NCBI GenBank assembly: GCA_035574985.1
Contig: DATLYG010000194.1
Location: 1-42,173 of the forward strand
Direction of reading: 5' to 3'
DNA: 42,173 bases
From: Thermoanaerobaculia bacterium
GTDB lineage: Bacteria; Acidobacteriota; Thermoanaerobaculia; Gp7-AA8
Part shown: positions 1 to 9,820 of the stretch, piece by piece
Position numbering within the stretch: the first letter of the stretch is position 1
Layout of the letters: every line of letters starts with the position of its first letter
Position numbers and translations under genes: made by a program
Notes under the pieces: model-generated
Databases searched by the model: none
Told to the model about the DNA's origin: nothing
What the model saw: only the letters and a program-made list of their open reading frames with translations

Positions 1-105
1 GAGATGCAGCGGAGCGCGGACGTGTCGTCGAGCATCGCCGTCGTCGGGCAGGCCGTGATCGTGCTCGTGCTCGTCGCCGCCGGGAGGTTCCGTTCCGATG
101 ATTGA
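1..105 (+). CDS. ABC transporter permease, C-terminal fragment (gene starts upstream of window)
   Basis: Frame 1 is open from base 1 to TGA at 103-105 (..SSSIAVVGQAVIVLVLVAAGRFRSDD*) with a hydrophobic TM-like tail. Its stop overlaps the ATG at 98 of the next permease (ATGATTGA), as in paired permease genes. Confidence 0.5.
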   Translation, partial: EMQRSADVSSSIAVVGQAVIVLVLVAAGRFRSDD

Positions 106-949
106 CGCGCTCGTGCAGTCGCTGCCGCTCGCCGTCGTCGCCTCCGTGCCGCTGCTGCTCGCGGTTCAGGGAGAGCTCGTCGTCCAGCGCGCCGGCATGA
201 TCAACCTCGGCCTCGAGGGAATGATGCTGACGGCGGCGATGAGCGCCGTCGTCGCGGCGGTGACGACGGGAAGCATCGCCGCGGGATTCGCAGGAGGCGT
301 CGCCGGCGCGTTCGCCGTCGCGCTCCTGTTCGGCCTCTTCGCCATCCGGCTCCGGGCCGATCAGATCGTCACCGGAACGGCGATCAACCTCCTCGCCCTC
401 GGTGTCACAGGATTCGTGTATCACGAATTCCGTGACAGCCGCCTCTTCACCGGACCGCTCCCGGCCGCCGGCAGCGGGCCGTTCGTGATCGCGGCGTGGA
501 TCGTCGCTCCTCTCGTCGTCGCGACGCTCCTCTGGCGGACCAGCTTCGGACTGCGCCTCCGCGCATGCGGCGAGAACCCGGCGGCCGTCGCCGCGAACGG
601 AGCCGGCGTCGCCCGTCACCGGCTCGCAGCGCTCGCGCTCGAAGCCCTCCTCGCCGGCTGCGGCGGCGCCTATCTGTCGCTGCTCCTCTCGAACGGCTTC
701 GCCGAAAACATGACCGCAGGGCGCGGCTTCATCGCTCTCGCGATCGTGATCTTCGGGCGGTGGAAGGTGTCGGGAGCGGTCGCAGGAACGGCACTCTTCG
801 GCGCCGCGGCGGCGATCCAGTATGCGATTCAGGCCGGCGGCTCCGGCGTCCCGTTCCACCTGCTCCTCGCCGTCCCCTACCTCGTGACGCTCGCCATCCT
901 CGCCGGAGTCACGGGTCACGTCCGCGCACCCGCCTCACTCGGCAGGTGA
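98..949 (+). CDS. ABC transporter permease (BMP-family nucleoside/simple-sugar type, YufQ/NupQ-like)
   Basis: 283-aa polytopic hydrophobic ORF. N-terminal LLLAVQGELVVQRAGMINLGLEGMM and C-terminal PYLVTLAILAG are typical of this permease family. High GC3. Confidence 0.8.
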   Translation: MIDALVQSLPLAVVASVPLLLAVQGELVVQRAGMINLGLEGMMLTAAMSAVVAAVTTGSIAAGFAGGVAGAFAVALLFGLFAIRLRADQIVTGTAINLLALGVTGFVYHEFRDSRLFTGPLPAAGSGPFVIAAWIVAPLVVATLLWRTSFGLRLRACGENPAAVAANGAGVARHRLAALALEALLAGCGGAYLSLLLSNGFAENMTAGRGFIALAIVIFGRWKVSGAVAGTALFGAAAAIQYAIQAGGSGVPFHLLLAVPYLVTLAILAGVTGHVRAPASLGR

Positions 950-954
950 GCGCA

Positions 955-2421
955 TCACCCCCGCCCCCACGGGCCCAGCACCTCCCACACCGAGCGCAGG
1001 CCCGCCGCCGCACTCCGCACCGCCGCCGGCTGATGCGGCATGGCGGCGAGGGCGGCGGCGATGAGGGGGACGGCCTCCGGCATCTGCGGAGCGAGATCGG
1101 CTTCGTGATCGGCGACGAAACGGGTGCTGACACGGCCGGCGCGGAATTCCGGATGCGTCACCACGCGGCGGAGGTACGGGATGTTCGTCTTCGTGCCGAG
1201 GATGACGTACTCGCGAAGAGCGCGATCGAGGCGCGCGATGCAGGCGTCGCGGTCGGCGGCAAAGCAGATCAGCTTCGCCAGGATCGGGTCGAAGCGGACG
1301 CTCACCTCGCTCCCTTCCGTCACGCCGGAGTCGACGCGCACGCCGGCACCCGCCGGCTCCGCGTAAACGGCGATCCTCCCGCTCTGCGGCAGGAAGCGAT
1401 CGTCGGGGTCCTCGGCGTAAATGCGCACCTCGATGGCGTGGCCGCGCCGGCTGAGGTCCTCCTGCTTCCACGGCAATGGGGAACCCGCGGCGACCTCGAT
1501 CTGCGCGCGCACGAGATCGACGCCCGTGATCAGTTCCGTCACCGGATGCTCCACCTGCAGGCGGGTGTTCATCTCGAGGAAGTAGAACTCCCCTTCCGGC
1601 GTGAGGAGGAACTCCACGGTGCCGGCGTTGCAGTAGCCGACTCCGCGCGCCGCGGCGATGGCCGCCCGCGCCATCCGCTGCCGCAGCTCTTCCCGGTAGT
1701 GCGGTGCGGGCGACTCCTCGACGATCTTCTGGTGCCGCCGCTGGATCGAGCAGTCGCGCTCGAACAGATGCACGATGTTTCCGTGCGCATCGCCGAAGAT
1801 CTGGAACTCGACGTGGCGTGGCTCTTCGATGTAGCGCTCCAGCAGCAGCCGGCCGTCTCCGAACGCCTTGATCGCCTCGCGCTGCGCCGACTCGATCGCG
1901 GCGCGAAGATCCTCCGCCGCGCGAACGATCTTCATCCCCTTCCCCCCGCCGCCGGCCGAGGCCTTCACCAGAAGCGGGAATCCGATCCGCCCCGCTTCCG
2001 CGGTCAGCGCTTCGACCGACTGATCCTCGCCGTCGTAGCCGGGCACCACCGGAACGCCCAGCGACTGCATCAACCGCCGCGACTCCGCCTTCGATCCCAT
2101 CGCCGCGATCGACTGCGACTTCGGCCCGATGAAGACGATGCCCGTTTCCTCGCACGCGGCAGCCAGTTCGGCACGCTCGGAGAGGAAGCCGTAGCCGGGA
2201 TGGATGGCGTCGGCACCGGCGGCCCGCGCGGCATCGATCACGCGGGCGACATCGAGGTAGCCGCCGCCGAGCGAGACGGCGTCGTCGAAGAAGCGGCGGA
2301 CGAAGCGGATGTCATCGTGATCGGAGTGACCGAGGACCGAAGAGATGCCCATCTCGCGGCACGCCCGCGCGATCCGGACGGCGATCTCGCCGCGATTCGG
2401 AACGAGGACTCTCCCGATCAC
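955..2421 (-). CDS. Biotin carboxylase domain protein (acyl-CoA carboxylase alpha-like; no BT/BCCP domains)
   Basis: RVLVPNRGEIAVRIARAC, ATP-grasp and BC C-terminal motifs (EMNTRLQVEHPVTE). I trimmed the start to GTG at 2421, which overlaps the TGA of the upstream hydratase (GTGA). No AMKM biotinylation motif. The protein ends about 45 aa after the BC domain. Confidence 0.85.
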   Translation of the reverse strand: MIGRVLVPNRGEIAVRIARACREMGISSVLGHSDHDDIRFVRRFFDDAVSLGGGYLDVARVIDAARAAGADAIHPGYGFLSERAELAAACEETGIVFIGPKSQSIAAMGSKAESRRLMQSLGVPVVPGYDGEDQSVEALTAEAGRIGFPLLVKASAGGGGKGMKIVRAAEDLRAAIESAQREAIKAFGDGRLLLERYIEEPRHVEFQIFGDAHGNIVHLFERDCSIQRRHQKIVEESPAPHYREELRQRMARAAIAAARGVGYCNAGTVEFLLTPEGEFYFLEMNTRLQVEHPVTELITGVDLVRAQIEVAAGSPLPWKQEDLSRRGHAIEVRIYAEDPDDRFLPQSGRIAVYAEPAGAGVRVDSGVTEGSEVSVRFDPILAKLICFAADRDACIARLDRALREYVILGTKTNIPYLRRVVTHPEFRAGRVSTRFVADHEADLAPQMPEAVPLIAAALAAMPHQPAAVRSAAAGLRSVWEVLGPWGRG

Positions 2422-3200
2422 GCCCACGGCGCCTTCTTTTTCTCCAGGAACGCCTTCATCCCGCTCTGACCCTCGGGACTGACGCGCCGCGTGGCGATGG
2501 TCTCGATCGTGTACGGCACCGCGTCTTCGTAGTCGTGCGACGCGACGTAGGCGATCAGCTTCTTGCACTCGCGGACCGCTTCGGGGCCGGACGAGCGGAG
2601 CTGCGCGACGGTCTCGTTCACCGCAGCGTCGAGATCGTCGATGGAATCGGCCAGCCGGTGCACGAGGCCGATCCGCAGCGCGCGCTCCGCGTCGAAGCGC
2701 TCGCCGGTGAGGAAGAGCGCGCGCGCGTGCGTCACGCCGATCTTCGCGATCACGTATGGCGAGATCACCGCCGGAAGGATCCCGAGCTTCACCTCGGAGA
2801 GACCGAACTTCGCGTCCCGGGTGGCGATGGCGATGTCGCAGACCGACACCAGCCCGACGCCGCCGCCGATCGCCGCTCCCTGAATGCGGCCGATTACCGG
2901 CAGGGGACAGTCATTCATCACGGCGAACATCTTCGCCAGCCTCGCCGAGTCGCGGATGTTCTCTTCGCGCGTGTACGACACCATCCGCGACATCCAGTTC
3001 AGATCGGCACCCGCGCAGAAGTTCGGTCCGCCGCCGCGGAGCACGACCGCGCGCGCCTCCGTTTTCGAGCCGATGTCTTCGAAGAGATCGATGGCCTCGG
3101 CGATCAACTCGTCGTTGAACGCGTTGTGGACTTCGGGGCGGTTGAGCGCGACGGTCAGAACGCCGCCGCTCTCCTCGACGGAGAGAGTCTTGTACGTCAT
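2418..3200 (-). CDS. Enoyl-CoA hydratase/isomerase family (methylglutaconyl-CoA hydratase-like)
   Basis: 260-aa crotonase fold: LNRPEVHNAF, FCAGADL, GAAIGGGVGL. Position upstream of the biotin carboxylase resembles liuC-liuD order. Confidence 0.85.
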   Translation of the reverse strand: MTYKTLSVEESGGVLTVALNRPEVHNAFNDELIAEAIDLFEDIGSKTEARAVVLRGGGPNFCAGADLNWMSRMVSYTREENIRDSARLAKMFAVMNDCPLPVIGRIQGAAIGGGVGLVSVCDIAIATRDAKFGLSEVKLGILPAVISPYVIAKIGVTHARALFLTGERFDAERALRIGLVHRLADSIDDLDAAVNETVAQLRSSGPEAVRECKKLIAYVASHDYEDAVPYTIETIATRRVSPEGQSGMKAFLEKKKAPWA

Positions 3201-3212
3201 GCGGCGCGCATT

Positions 3213-5663
3213 CTATGCGCTCCGGCGCCGCGGCTGCGTCGCGAACGGATAGGTCACCGTCAGCGTGTACGAGCCGTTCGGTCCCACCGCGCCCGCCGCG
3301 TCGATCCGCACGAAGACGTCTCCCGCCGCCGCCCCGACCGTCGCCTCGATCGTCGCCGACGCTCCCGCGGCGATGTCGCGCGTGGCGAGCGTGCCGGACG
3401 CCGACAGCAGCGTCACCCGGAGCGGCGTGTCCGTCGCCGCGACCGTGGCACGCAGCGTCCCCGCGGCGCTGACGCGGACCTTGAAGAAATCGGCGTCCGT
3501 CGCGCTGCAGATCCGTCCCGAGACCGTCTGTCCGCTGGCGAGGTAGCCGTACGCCGACGCCTGCGAATCGTTCGGCTCGTTCGGATCGAGGCACGCCGCC
3601 TGCCCGGAGCCGATCTCCCCGTTCGCGATCACCACCGCCTTCTGCGGCGGCGATGCGGCGACGCGCGTGCCCGTCACCACGATCCGGTACGAACCGGCGG
3701 GAGCGTTGACGATCTCCACGACCTCCATGTTGTCGACCGTGTTCACTCCCCGCGTGGCGGGCTGCGCCGGGTTCTTCGGGTCGAGCACCCACGGAAGCAC
3801 CGTCGCACCGCCGGGAGCGATCACCTTCACGTCGAGATCGTTGACCAGGGTCTTGTCGGCCAGCTCGTCGCCGAACAGAAGCACTTCCGGATCGGCCCAT
3901 CCGAGGACCACGCGGAAGAGATCCTGCGGCGCGGCGAGCGTCACGTCGAACTCCACCTGCGCCCCCTGCGCGACGTCGATGACCCGGATCCGCCTGCCCG
4001 TGCCGCCGTCCGCGATGATCAGGTCGGCCGACGCCTTCGCGTCCGGAATCCCGTAGCCGTAGGTGTAGTCGGGCCCCTGATTCCCCACTTCCTGCGCGCC
4101 GGCGGCGAGCAGCGTCTTCAGAATCTGTGCGTTCGGCGAGGCACCGGCGAAGCTCTTCCGCCACTGCTCGGTGAGCAGGGCGGCGATACCGGTCACGACA
4201 GGGGCCGCCATCGAGGTCCCCTGCGACGGGGCGTATTGATTCGACGGAACGGTCGAATAGGTGCCGACTCCCTTCGCCACGAAGTCGGGCTTGACGCGGC
4301 CGTCGCGCGTGGGGCCGCGCGAGCTGAAGCTGGCGATCGTGCGGCTCGAACCGACGGCGCCGACGGCGACGACGTTCTTCGCACTCGCCATCAGCCCGAC
4401 CGACTGGTACGGGCTCCGCACCGGATGGCGTACCGTTTCGCAGAACTTTGTCCCGGCCGTACAGGTCGCCGGGCAGTCGGTCCCCGACCCGTTCTCCGAG
4501 TAGCAGTACGTTTCCGTCGTGACGGTCTCGCCTTCGTCATCGACGTGGTAGTGCGAGTAAGGCGCGGCGGTGGGCCCGGTGACCGCTGCGGAGTTGCCCG
4601 ACGAGTGGACCAGCAGAACGCCGTTCTTGCGCGTGATCTTGTCGAGCGTCGCCGAGAGGATGTCGTAGCCACCGATGTACTCGTCGCCGCCGGTCCACGT
4701 CCACGACACGCTCCCGCTGCCCGACTGCCGCCATCCAAGGACGTATCCCCACGAGTTGTTGTCGGCGACCGACCCGATCGCGGGGAGTGTTTTCTCCTTC
4801 TGATCGAGCCACTCCCCCTCGTTGGCCAGATACTCGTGCAGCGTCGCCGCCGGCGCCATTCCCTTCGCCCGGGCATCGGCGCCGGAGGCGATCATGGTTC
4901 CGGCCACGTGCGTGGCATGGCTTGCGTTCCCCTGGCAGTCGTTGTCGCCCGTGGCACACGGCGCAACGTGTCCGATCAGGCGTCCGCCGAATTCCGGATG
5001 CGCCGTGTCGGCAGGGCCGAGTTCGAAGTACGACAGCACGACTCCCTGCCCGCTCAGACCGTAGGGGGCGGCCTGAACGAGGTGGACGTTCGCCATCGAC
5101 GCCGCCGTCGCATTGTGTGTCTCGGCGCGGAGCTTCGGCGCGCCCTGCACGACGAAGACGCGCTCGTCGGATGCGAGATCGATCACCGATCCGGACGGGA
5201 CTCGCGCCACGATCCGTCGCGGCCACACGAAATCGATGGCGAACGGGTCCTCGATCACGCCGCCCCGTTCCGCGATCACCGCCCGCGCTTCGTCGAACGA
5301 CGTGTCGTCGTGAAAGACCACATGCAGACGCGCCCACGGTTTCCCCCTCGCCGCCTCCGCATAGGCGCTCGGGTGGAGCTTCTTCGCGGTGGTGAGCGGC
5401 GTGAGCGAACGCACGAGGAGATCTCCCGCCCCCGCCTGCGCTCCGGCGATCCGGACGAGGTAGCGCCCGTTTGCCAGCTCCTTCTGAATCTCCCACCCTC
5501 GCCTCGCCAGTTCGGCGCGCTCCTCCCCGCTCAGCACGTGCTGCGGCTCGAGGATGAAGTGGCGTGCGCGCGGCACACGCTCCGCACCGGAGCGTGCGAC
5601 AGGCTGCGGCTCCGCAGCGATGAGAGCCGTGGTCAGAAGGAGGAGCGGCAGGATCGTTTTCAT
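3213..5663 (-). CDS. Secreted S8 subtilisin-like serine peptidase with C-terminal PPC (pre-peptidase) domain
   Basis: Start trimmed to ATG at 5663 ([19 protein letters not shown] signal peptide). SHATHVAG (His) and [11 protein letters not shown] (Ser) motifs. C-terminal [11 protein letters not shown]...DADFFKV is PPC-like. The longer track ORF (to 6227) would run through the tRNA gene. Confidence 0.85.
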   Translation of the reverse strand: MKTILPLLLLTTALIAAEPQPVARSGAERVPRARHFILEPQHVLSGEERAELARRGWEIQKELANGRYLVRIAGAQAGAGDLLVRSLTPLTTAKKLHPSAYAEAARGKPWARLHVVFHDDTSFDEARAVIAERGGVIEDPFAIDFVWPRRIVARVPSGSVIDLASDERVFVVQGAPKLRAETHNATAASMANVHLVQAAPYGLSGQGVVLSYFELGPADTAHPEFGGRLIGHVAPCATGDNDCQGNASHATHVAGTMIASGADARAKGMAPAATLHEYLANEGEWLDQKEKTLPAIGSVADNNSWGYVLGWRQSGSGSVSWTWTGGDEYIGGYDILSATLDKITRKNGVLLVHSSGNSAAVTGPTAAPYSHYHVDDEGETVTTETYCYSENGSGTDCPATCTAGTKFCETVRHPVRSPYQSVGLMASAKNVVAVGAVGSSRTIASFSSRGPTRDGRVKPDFVAKGVGTYSTVPSNQYAPSQGTSMAAPVVTGIAALLTEQWRKSFAGASPNAQILKTLLAAGAQEVGNQGPDYTYGYGIPDAKASADLIIADGGTGRRIRVIDVAQGAQVEFDVTLAAPQDLFRVVLGWADPEVLLFGDELADKTLVNDLDVKVIAPGGATVLPWVLDPKNPAQPATRGVNTVDNMEVVEIVNAPAGSYRIVVTGTRVAASPPQKAVVIANGEIGSGQAACLDPNEPNDSQASAYGYLASGQTVSGRICSATDADFFKVRVSAAGTLRATVAATDTPLRVTLLSASGTLATRDIAAGASATIEATVGAAAGDVFVRIDAAGAVGPNGSYTLTVTYPFATQPRRRSA

Positions 5664-5691
5664 GCGGAGAGAAATCGTGAGAACTGCTTCA

Positions 5692-5777
5692 TGGTGCCGG
5701 AGGTCGGACTCGAACCGACATGCCCTTGCGGGCGGAGGATTTTGAGTCCTCTGCGTCTGCCATTTCGCCACTCCGGC
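5692..5777 (-). tRNA. tRNA-Leu (anticodon CAA), CCA encoded
   Basis: Reverse complement reads GCCGGAG-TG-GCGAAATGGCAGACGC-A-GAGGA-CTCAAAA-TCCTC-long variable arm-GTCGG-TTCGAGT-CCGAC-CTCCGGC-ACCA. It has a 7-bp acceptor stem, a T-loop TTCGAGT, and an anticodon loop CU-CAA-AA. Confidence 0.9.
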
Positions 5778-5791
5778 GTCGGTTGCCGCTT

Positions 5792-7066
5792 TCAGCTCGC
5801 CGCCCCCCCTGAAAGCCGGGAGCCGGGAGCTGCGAGCTGTCGTTGCGCGGCGGCATGCAACTCCTCGTCCGTCAGAATCCGGTTCGTCGACTTGGCGAGC
5901 TGGAAGATCTCCTTCGCCAGCGACTCCTCGGTCGGATAGCCGTGACTGGCCAGCCAGTAGACGACGTTCGACAGACCGCACATCGGTCCGACCTCGATGA
6001 TCTGTTCGAGACCGAACATCCCCGCGGGGACACCGGAGTAAACGCGGTCTGCGAGCCACTCGCTTCCCTTCTTCTTCGCCTTGATGATCGCCGCGGCGTG
6101 GACGCCCGTGCCGGTCCGGAACGCGTCGCGGCCGATGACCGGATACTGATCGGGAAGTGATACGTGCGTGGCACGCGAAACGTACTGAACGTACTGCGGA
6201 AGTTTCGTCAGATCGTTGTCGATCCACCCCATCAGCTTGAGATTGACCATCAGCAGATCGATCGGGGTGTTCCCGACGCGCTCGCCGATGCCCATCGCGC
6301 AGCCGTGCACGCGGTCGGCCCCCGCCTCGAGCGCGGCGATGGAGTTGATCACCCCGAGGCCGCGGTCCTGATGCCCGTGCCAGTCGACCTTCACTTCGGG
6401 GTTCCGCCTGCGGACGATGTCACGCACGAAGCGGATCAGGTTCCGCACGCCCCACGGCGTCGCATGACCGACCGTGTCGCAGACACAGACGCGCATCGCA
6501 CCGGCGTCGATCGCCGCGGAGTAGAGCTTCTCGACGTCCTCCGGCTTCGCGCGCGTCGTGTCCTCGGTCACGTACATGACCGGCAGACCTTCGCCGACGG
6601 CGAACTTCACCGCCTTGACCGATTGCTGGATGATCCAGTCGAGATCCCACTCCTCTGCGAACTGGCGGATCGGCGAGGAACCGATGAACGTGCAGGCCTC
6701 GATCGGGATCCCGACGCGCTGCGAGATCTCGGCGATCGGGCGGATGTCGTTCTCGTGCGTGCGCGCTGCGCAGTTCGCGGCGATCTGCAGCTTCTGGCCG
6801 GCGATCTCGCGCGCCAGGCGCTCGACCGAGCGCTGCACGTGCGGCCCCGCACCCGGCAGACCGATGTCGGCCGAGTCGATCCCGATGTCGTTCATGAAGT
6901 GGAGGATCGCGACCTTCTCGTCGAGCGTCGGATCGGTCACCGACGGCGACTGCAGGCCGTCGCGCAGCGTCTCGTCGTCGAACTCGATGCGGCGGGACGA
7001 CTCGCGCTGCGGTTTCTCGCCGGCGAGGTTCCAGTCGTAGATCAGGTGCTCGAGGTTTTCGTTCAT
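5792..7066 (-). CDS. HMGL-like (DRE-TIM metallolyase) protein, LeuA-type 2-isopropylmalate/homocitrate synthase family
   Basis: 424 aa. IEFDDETLRDGLQSPSV and HGHQDRGLG..N..AA motifs. GGAGG lies 8 nt upstream of the ATG at 7066. Confidence 0.8.
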   Translation of the reverse strand: MNENLEHLIYDWNLAGEKPQRESSRRIEFDDETLRDGLQSPSVTDPTLDEKVAILHFMNDIGIDSADIGLPGAGPHVQRSVERLAREIAGQKLQIAANCAARTHENDIRPIAEISQRVGIPIEACTFIGSSPIRQFAEEWDLDWIIQQSVKAVKFAVGEGLPVMYVTEDTTRAKPEDVEKLYSAAIDAGAMRVCVCDTVGHATPWGVRNLIRFVRDIVRRRNPEVKVDWHGHQDRGLGVINSIAALEAGADRVHGCAMGIGERVGNTPIDLLMVNLKLMGWIDNDLTKLPQYVQYVSRATHVSLPDQYPVIGRDAFRTGTGVHAAAIIKAKKKGSEWLADRVYSGVPAGMFGLEQIIEVGPMCGLSNVVYWLASHGYPTEESLAKEIFQLAKSTNRILTDEELHAAAQRQLAAPGSRLSGGAAS

Positions 7067-7103
7067 GGCAGCGCCTCCGCGAACTCCACCGCAGTGAACG
7101 CGA

Positions 7104-7880
7104 TCATTTTCCCTTGAAATTCGCCTGCCGCTTCTCCAGAAACGCGTTCATCCCCTCTTTCATGTCCTCGGTGGCGCAGAGGAGCCCGAAGAGCGTCGCC
7201 TCGAGGAACTGCCCCTCCTCGAACGGCATCTCGCTTCCGTTCATCACGGCTTCGATCGAGGCGCGAACCGCCACCGGTCCCCGCGACATGATCCTGCGCG
7301 CCATCTCCTCGGCCGCGGCCATGAGCTGGTCGTGCGGGACGACCTTGTTGACGAGCCCGATCCGCTCCGCCTCCGCGGCGGAAATGCGGTCGCCGGTACA
7401 GATCAGTTCCAGCGCCTTCGCTTTCCCCACCAGCCGCGCCATTCGCTGTGTGCCGCCATACCCGGGAATGATGCCAAGAGTCACCTCGGGAAGGCCGATC
7501 TGCGCCTTCTCCGACGCTATCCGGATGTGACACGCGAGCGCCAGCTCGCAGCCGCCGCCCAGCGCAAAGCCGTTGATCGCGGCGATGACCGGCTTCGGGA
7601 AACGCTCGATGCGCAGAAGGATCTCCTGCCCCCGCTCCGAAGTTTCCTTCCCGGAGATGGGTGTCTTCTGCGCGAGTTCGTTGATGTCGGCGCCGGCGAC
7701 GAACGCCTTCTCGCCGGCACCGGTGACGATGACCGCCCTGACCGCGTCGTCCGTCCGCGCCTCGTCGAACACCCGCCCGATCTCCTCGACGGTCTGCGCG
7801 TTCAACGCGTTGAGGACCCTGGGGCGGTCGATCGTGAGAATGAGGATTCCGTCTTTGTTTTCCGTCCTGATGTTTTCCAT
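7104..7880 (-). CDS. Enoyl-CoA hydratase (crotonase, short-chain)
   Basis: Start trimmed to ATG at 7880 (MENIRTENKDGILILTIDRPRVLNAL). AFVAGADI, INGFALGGGCELALAC, and a C-terminal EGMNAFLEKR. Confidence 0.85.
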   Translation of the reverse strand: MENIRTENKDGILILTIDRPRVLNALNAQTVEEIGRVFDEARTDDAVRAVIVTGAGEKAFVAGADINELAQKTPISGKETSERGQEILLRIERFPKPVIAAINGFALGGGCELALACHIRIASEKAQIGLPEVTLGIIPGYGGTQRMARLVGKAKALELICTGDRISAAEAERIGLVNKVVPHDQLMAAAEEMARRIMSRGPVAVRASIEAVMNGSEMPFEEGQFLEATLFGLLCATEDMKEGMNAFLEKRQANFKGK

Positions 7881-8762
7881 GGCGAAGAGTTTATCCCGCG
7901 CCCACCGGCCACGGGAGGGAAGCCGCCCCCGCTCGCAACCGCGCGAGTCCGCATCATTCGCGAGCATGCGCCCGATGGTCACGAGTAGGCACAGATCGTT
8001 CTCGAATGGTTCGGTTCCTTCCAGAGAAGCGATGTGGAAAGCGCGGAAAGCGCAAACAGCGCGATTCCCGCCCTTCCCACAGCGCCCATCGCTACCGAAG
8101 AGAGCAACGGCGAACCATCCGGCCCATCACGCATGATGACTTGATCGAAATTGGGGGGACCGTCAGATCGAACGCCGGAACCGCGAACTCCACCGTACCG
8201 TTCGCCGGCAAGAAGTCCTCTTCGTCGGTCACACCCATTCGAGCCGCTTGCTTGCCATGCGTTCGCCCCGGTCGGAAAAGAACGACTCGCCGCTCGGGAG
8301 AGGTGGCCCGAACCTTCAACTTACTGTCGCCGTCGGAGGAATAGTGAACCCCGACGACACCATCGACAGCCTGCCGCGAGTCGAAGAGCGGAGATCTCCG
8401 GGCCAGCGTTGCGATGGAGTTGACGGATGCCCGTCGCAACCTTCACGATGCTTCCGCGGGAAGGGAATCCTCGCGACCGCCGACTACGACGTCCCGTTCA
8501 GGCTGCGGGTCCCCGATCCGCGCGGAGAAGCGGCCGCTCGTGCCGGCCGTGACCCGCGTGAACCGAACGGGAGGCTGCAGTCGGTGGCACGGGCACAGAA
8601 CCCCGCTATGACCGCCTCATCGAGGCCTTCCGAGACGGGAATTCCGATGGTCCTCGATCCATCATTCAACGAGAACGAGCCAGTGGTGAATACGCCAGGA
8701 GAAGCACTCGACTGCTTCCTCGGAACGAAGATGGACCTGCTGGTGTCGGGGGGCCCGACGGG

Positions 8763-9482
8763 GTGGCGCTGCCAATGAAGCGATTCCTCCGGGCCGTGCT
8801 CCGCCTCGTTCCTCGGGGAACCGTTGTGCGCGTTTTCTCGGGACAGCTTCGCGGGGCACGGTGGCTGATGCACTCGGCTACTCACGGGTGCTGGCTGGGG
8901 ACATACGAGCGTGACAGCCAGGCCGTGTTTGCGCGGCTCGTGAGTCGAGGCGACGTGGTTCTCGACATCGGCGCGAACGTCGGATTCTTCACGATTCTCG
9001 CCTCGAGACTGGTCGGCCGGGAGGGAACGGTCTGCGCATTCGAGCCGCTTCCGCGAAATGTCGAACTTCTGAAGGAGCACGTTCGGTTGAATGCCGCGTC
9101 GAACGTGCGGGTCTTTGCCGTTGCGGTTGCGAGCACGATCGGTCGGGCGAGCTTCGAGGTCGCCGGCAGCCCGTCGATGGGACGACTCGCGGAAACCGGC
9201 TCCATCGAGGTCGAGACGGCGTCGCTCGATTCTTTTTGGCGGTCAGGAGCACTGTCGCTTCCGACCTTCATGAAAATCGATGTCGAAGGGGCGGAGTACG
9301 AGGTCCTGACCGGTGCCCGCGAACTCCTGGACGCCGCGCGTCCGGCGATCCTCCTCGCGGCGCACGGATATGTCCAACACGATGCCTGCGTTGCGCTTCT
9401 CAAAGATGCCGGATACGACATCCAAACGATCCGCGACGGAACCGCGGACGGCGACTACCTGCTCCTGGCCAGGGCGCAGTGA
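8763..9482 (+). CDS. FkbM-family SAM-dependent methyltransferase
   Basis: VVLDIGANVGFFT (motif I), AFEP, FMKIDVEGAEYEVL. The start is GTG at 8763 or ATG at 8775. Confidence 0.8.
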   Translation: MALPMKRFLRAVLRLVPRGTVVRVFSGQLRGARWLMHSATHGCWLGTYERDSQAVFARLVSRGDVVLDIGANVGFFTILASRLVGREGTVCAFEPLPRNVELLKEHVRLNAASNVRVFAVAVASTIGRASFEVAGSPSMGRLAETGSIEVETASLDSFWRSGALSLPTFMKIDVEGAEYEVLTGARELLDAARPAILLAAHGYVQHDACVALLKDAGYDIQTIRDGTADGDYLLLARAQ

Positions 9483-9820
9483 GAGCGCGAACACCCTTCC
9501 CCGGAATGGCAGGTCACCTCGAAGAAGAAGATCCCGTCCCTGCGGATCGCGGCGGCGAGCGGCCGGCTGCTTCGTTGCCGCTCCTCGACGATCTTCCGCA
9601 TCGCCTGCGTCGCGGCGCCTCGCATCCGGCCGCTCGGCGCCGCAACAAAAGGCGGATATTGATGAAGCACTACACCAGGGAGACAGTCTGAGAACCGAGC
9701 GCGGTTCTTGCCCGACAGTGGGGCGGTCGCCGCAGGGCGTCTGTTGAGGCTCTACAGGAGTTCCGTCGCAGACCGGGCATCAGACTGGAAAGTCCCGAGT
9801 CGTGTGACACGACTGAGGAA

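Noticed and set aside
5692-5777. tRNA-Leu as an integration site for a genomic island (S8 peptidase downstream).
   Set aside because: There is no integrase, no direct repeat of the tRNA 3-prime end and no GC shift in the adjacent genes.
2535-5939. 1134-aa plus-strand ORF. Similar very long ORFs occur at 496-2469(+), 17119-18759(+), 18933-21701(-), 22045-23871(-), 32877-35018(+), 36070-37641(-) and 38650-40398(-).
   Set aside because: All are antisense to, or out of frame with, genes that carry clear family motifs. Their translations are Arg/Pro/Gly/Ala-rich low-complexity strings typical of shadow ORFs in high-GC DNA.
5664-6227. 5-prime extension of the S8 peptidase ORF (track start at 6227).
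   Set aside because: The extension would read through the tRNA-Leu gene and the 3-prime end of the LeuA-like gene. An internal ATG at 5663 gives a canonical signal peptide.
8248-8778. 176-aa plus-strand ORF upstream of the FkbM gene.
   Set aside because: Most of it is Arg/Pro-rich with no family signal. Only the last ~44 codons (from ATG 8646) have coding-like GC3. It is left uncalled and noted under the 7983-9820 finding.
9701-9718. Hairpins AGAACCG-agcg-CGGTTCT (9701-9718) and AGTCGTG-tga-CACGACT (about 9796-9812) as terminators downstream of hbd.
   Set aside because: The stems are short (7 bp) with no U-tract on either strand. This is not enough evidence for a terminator call.
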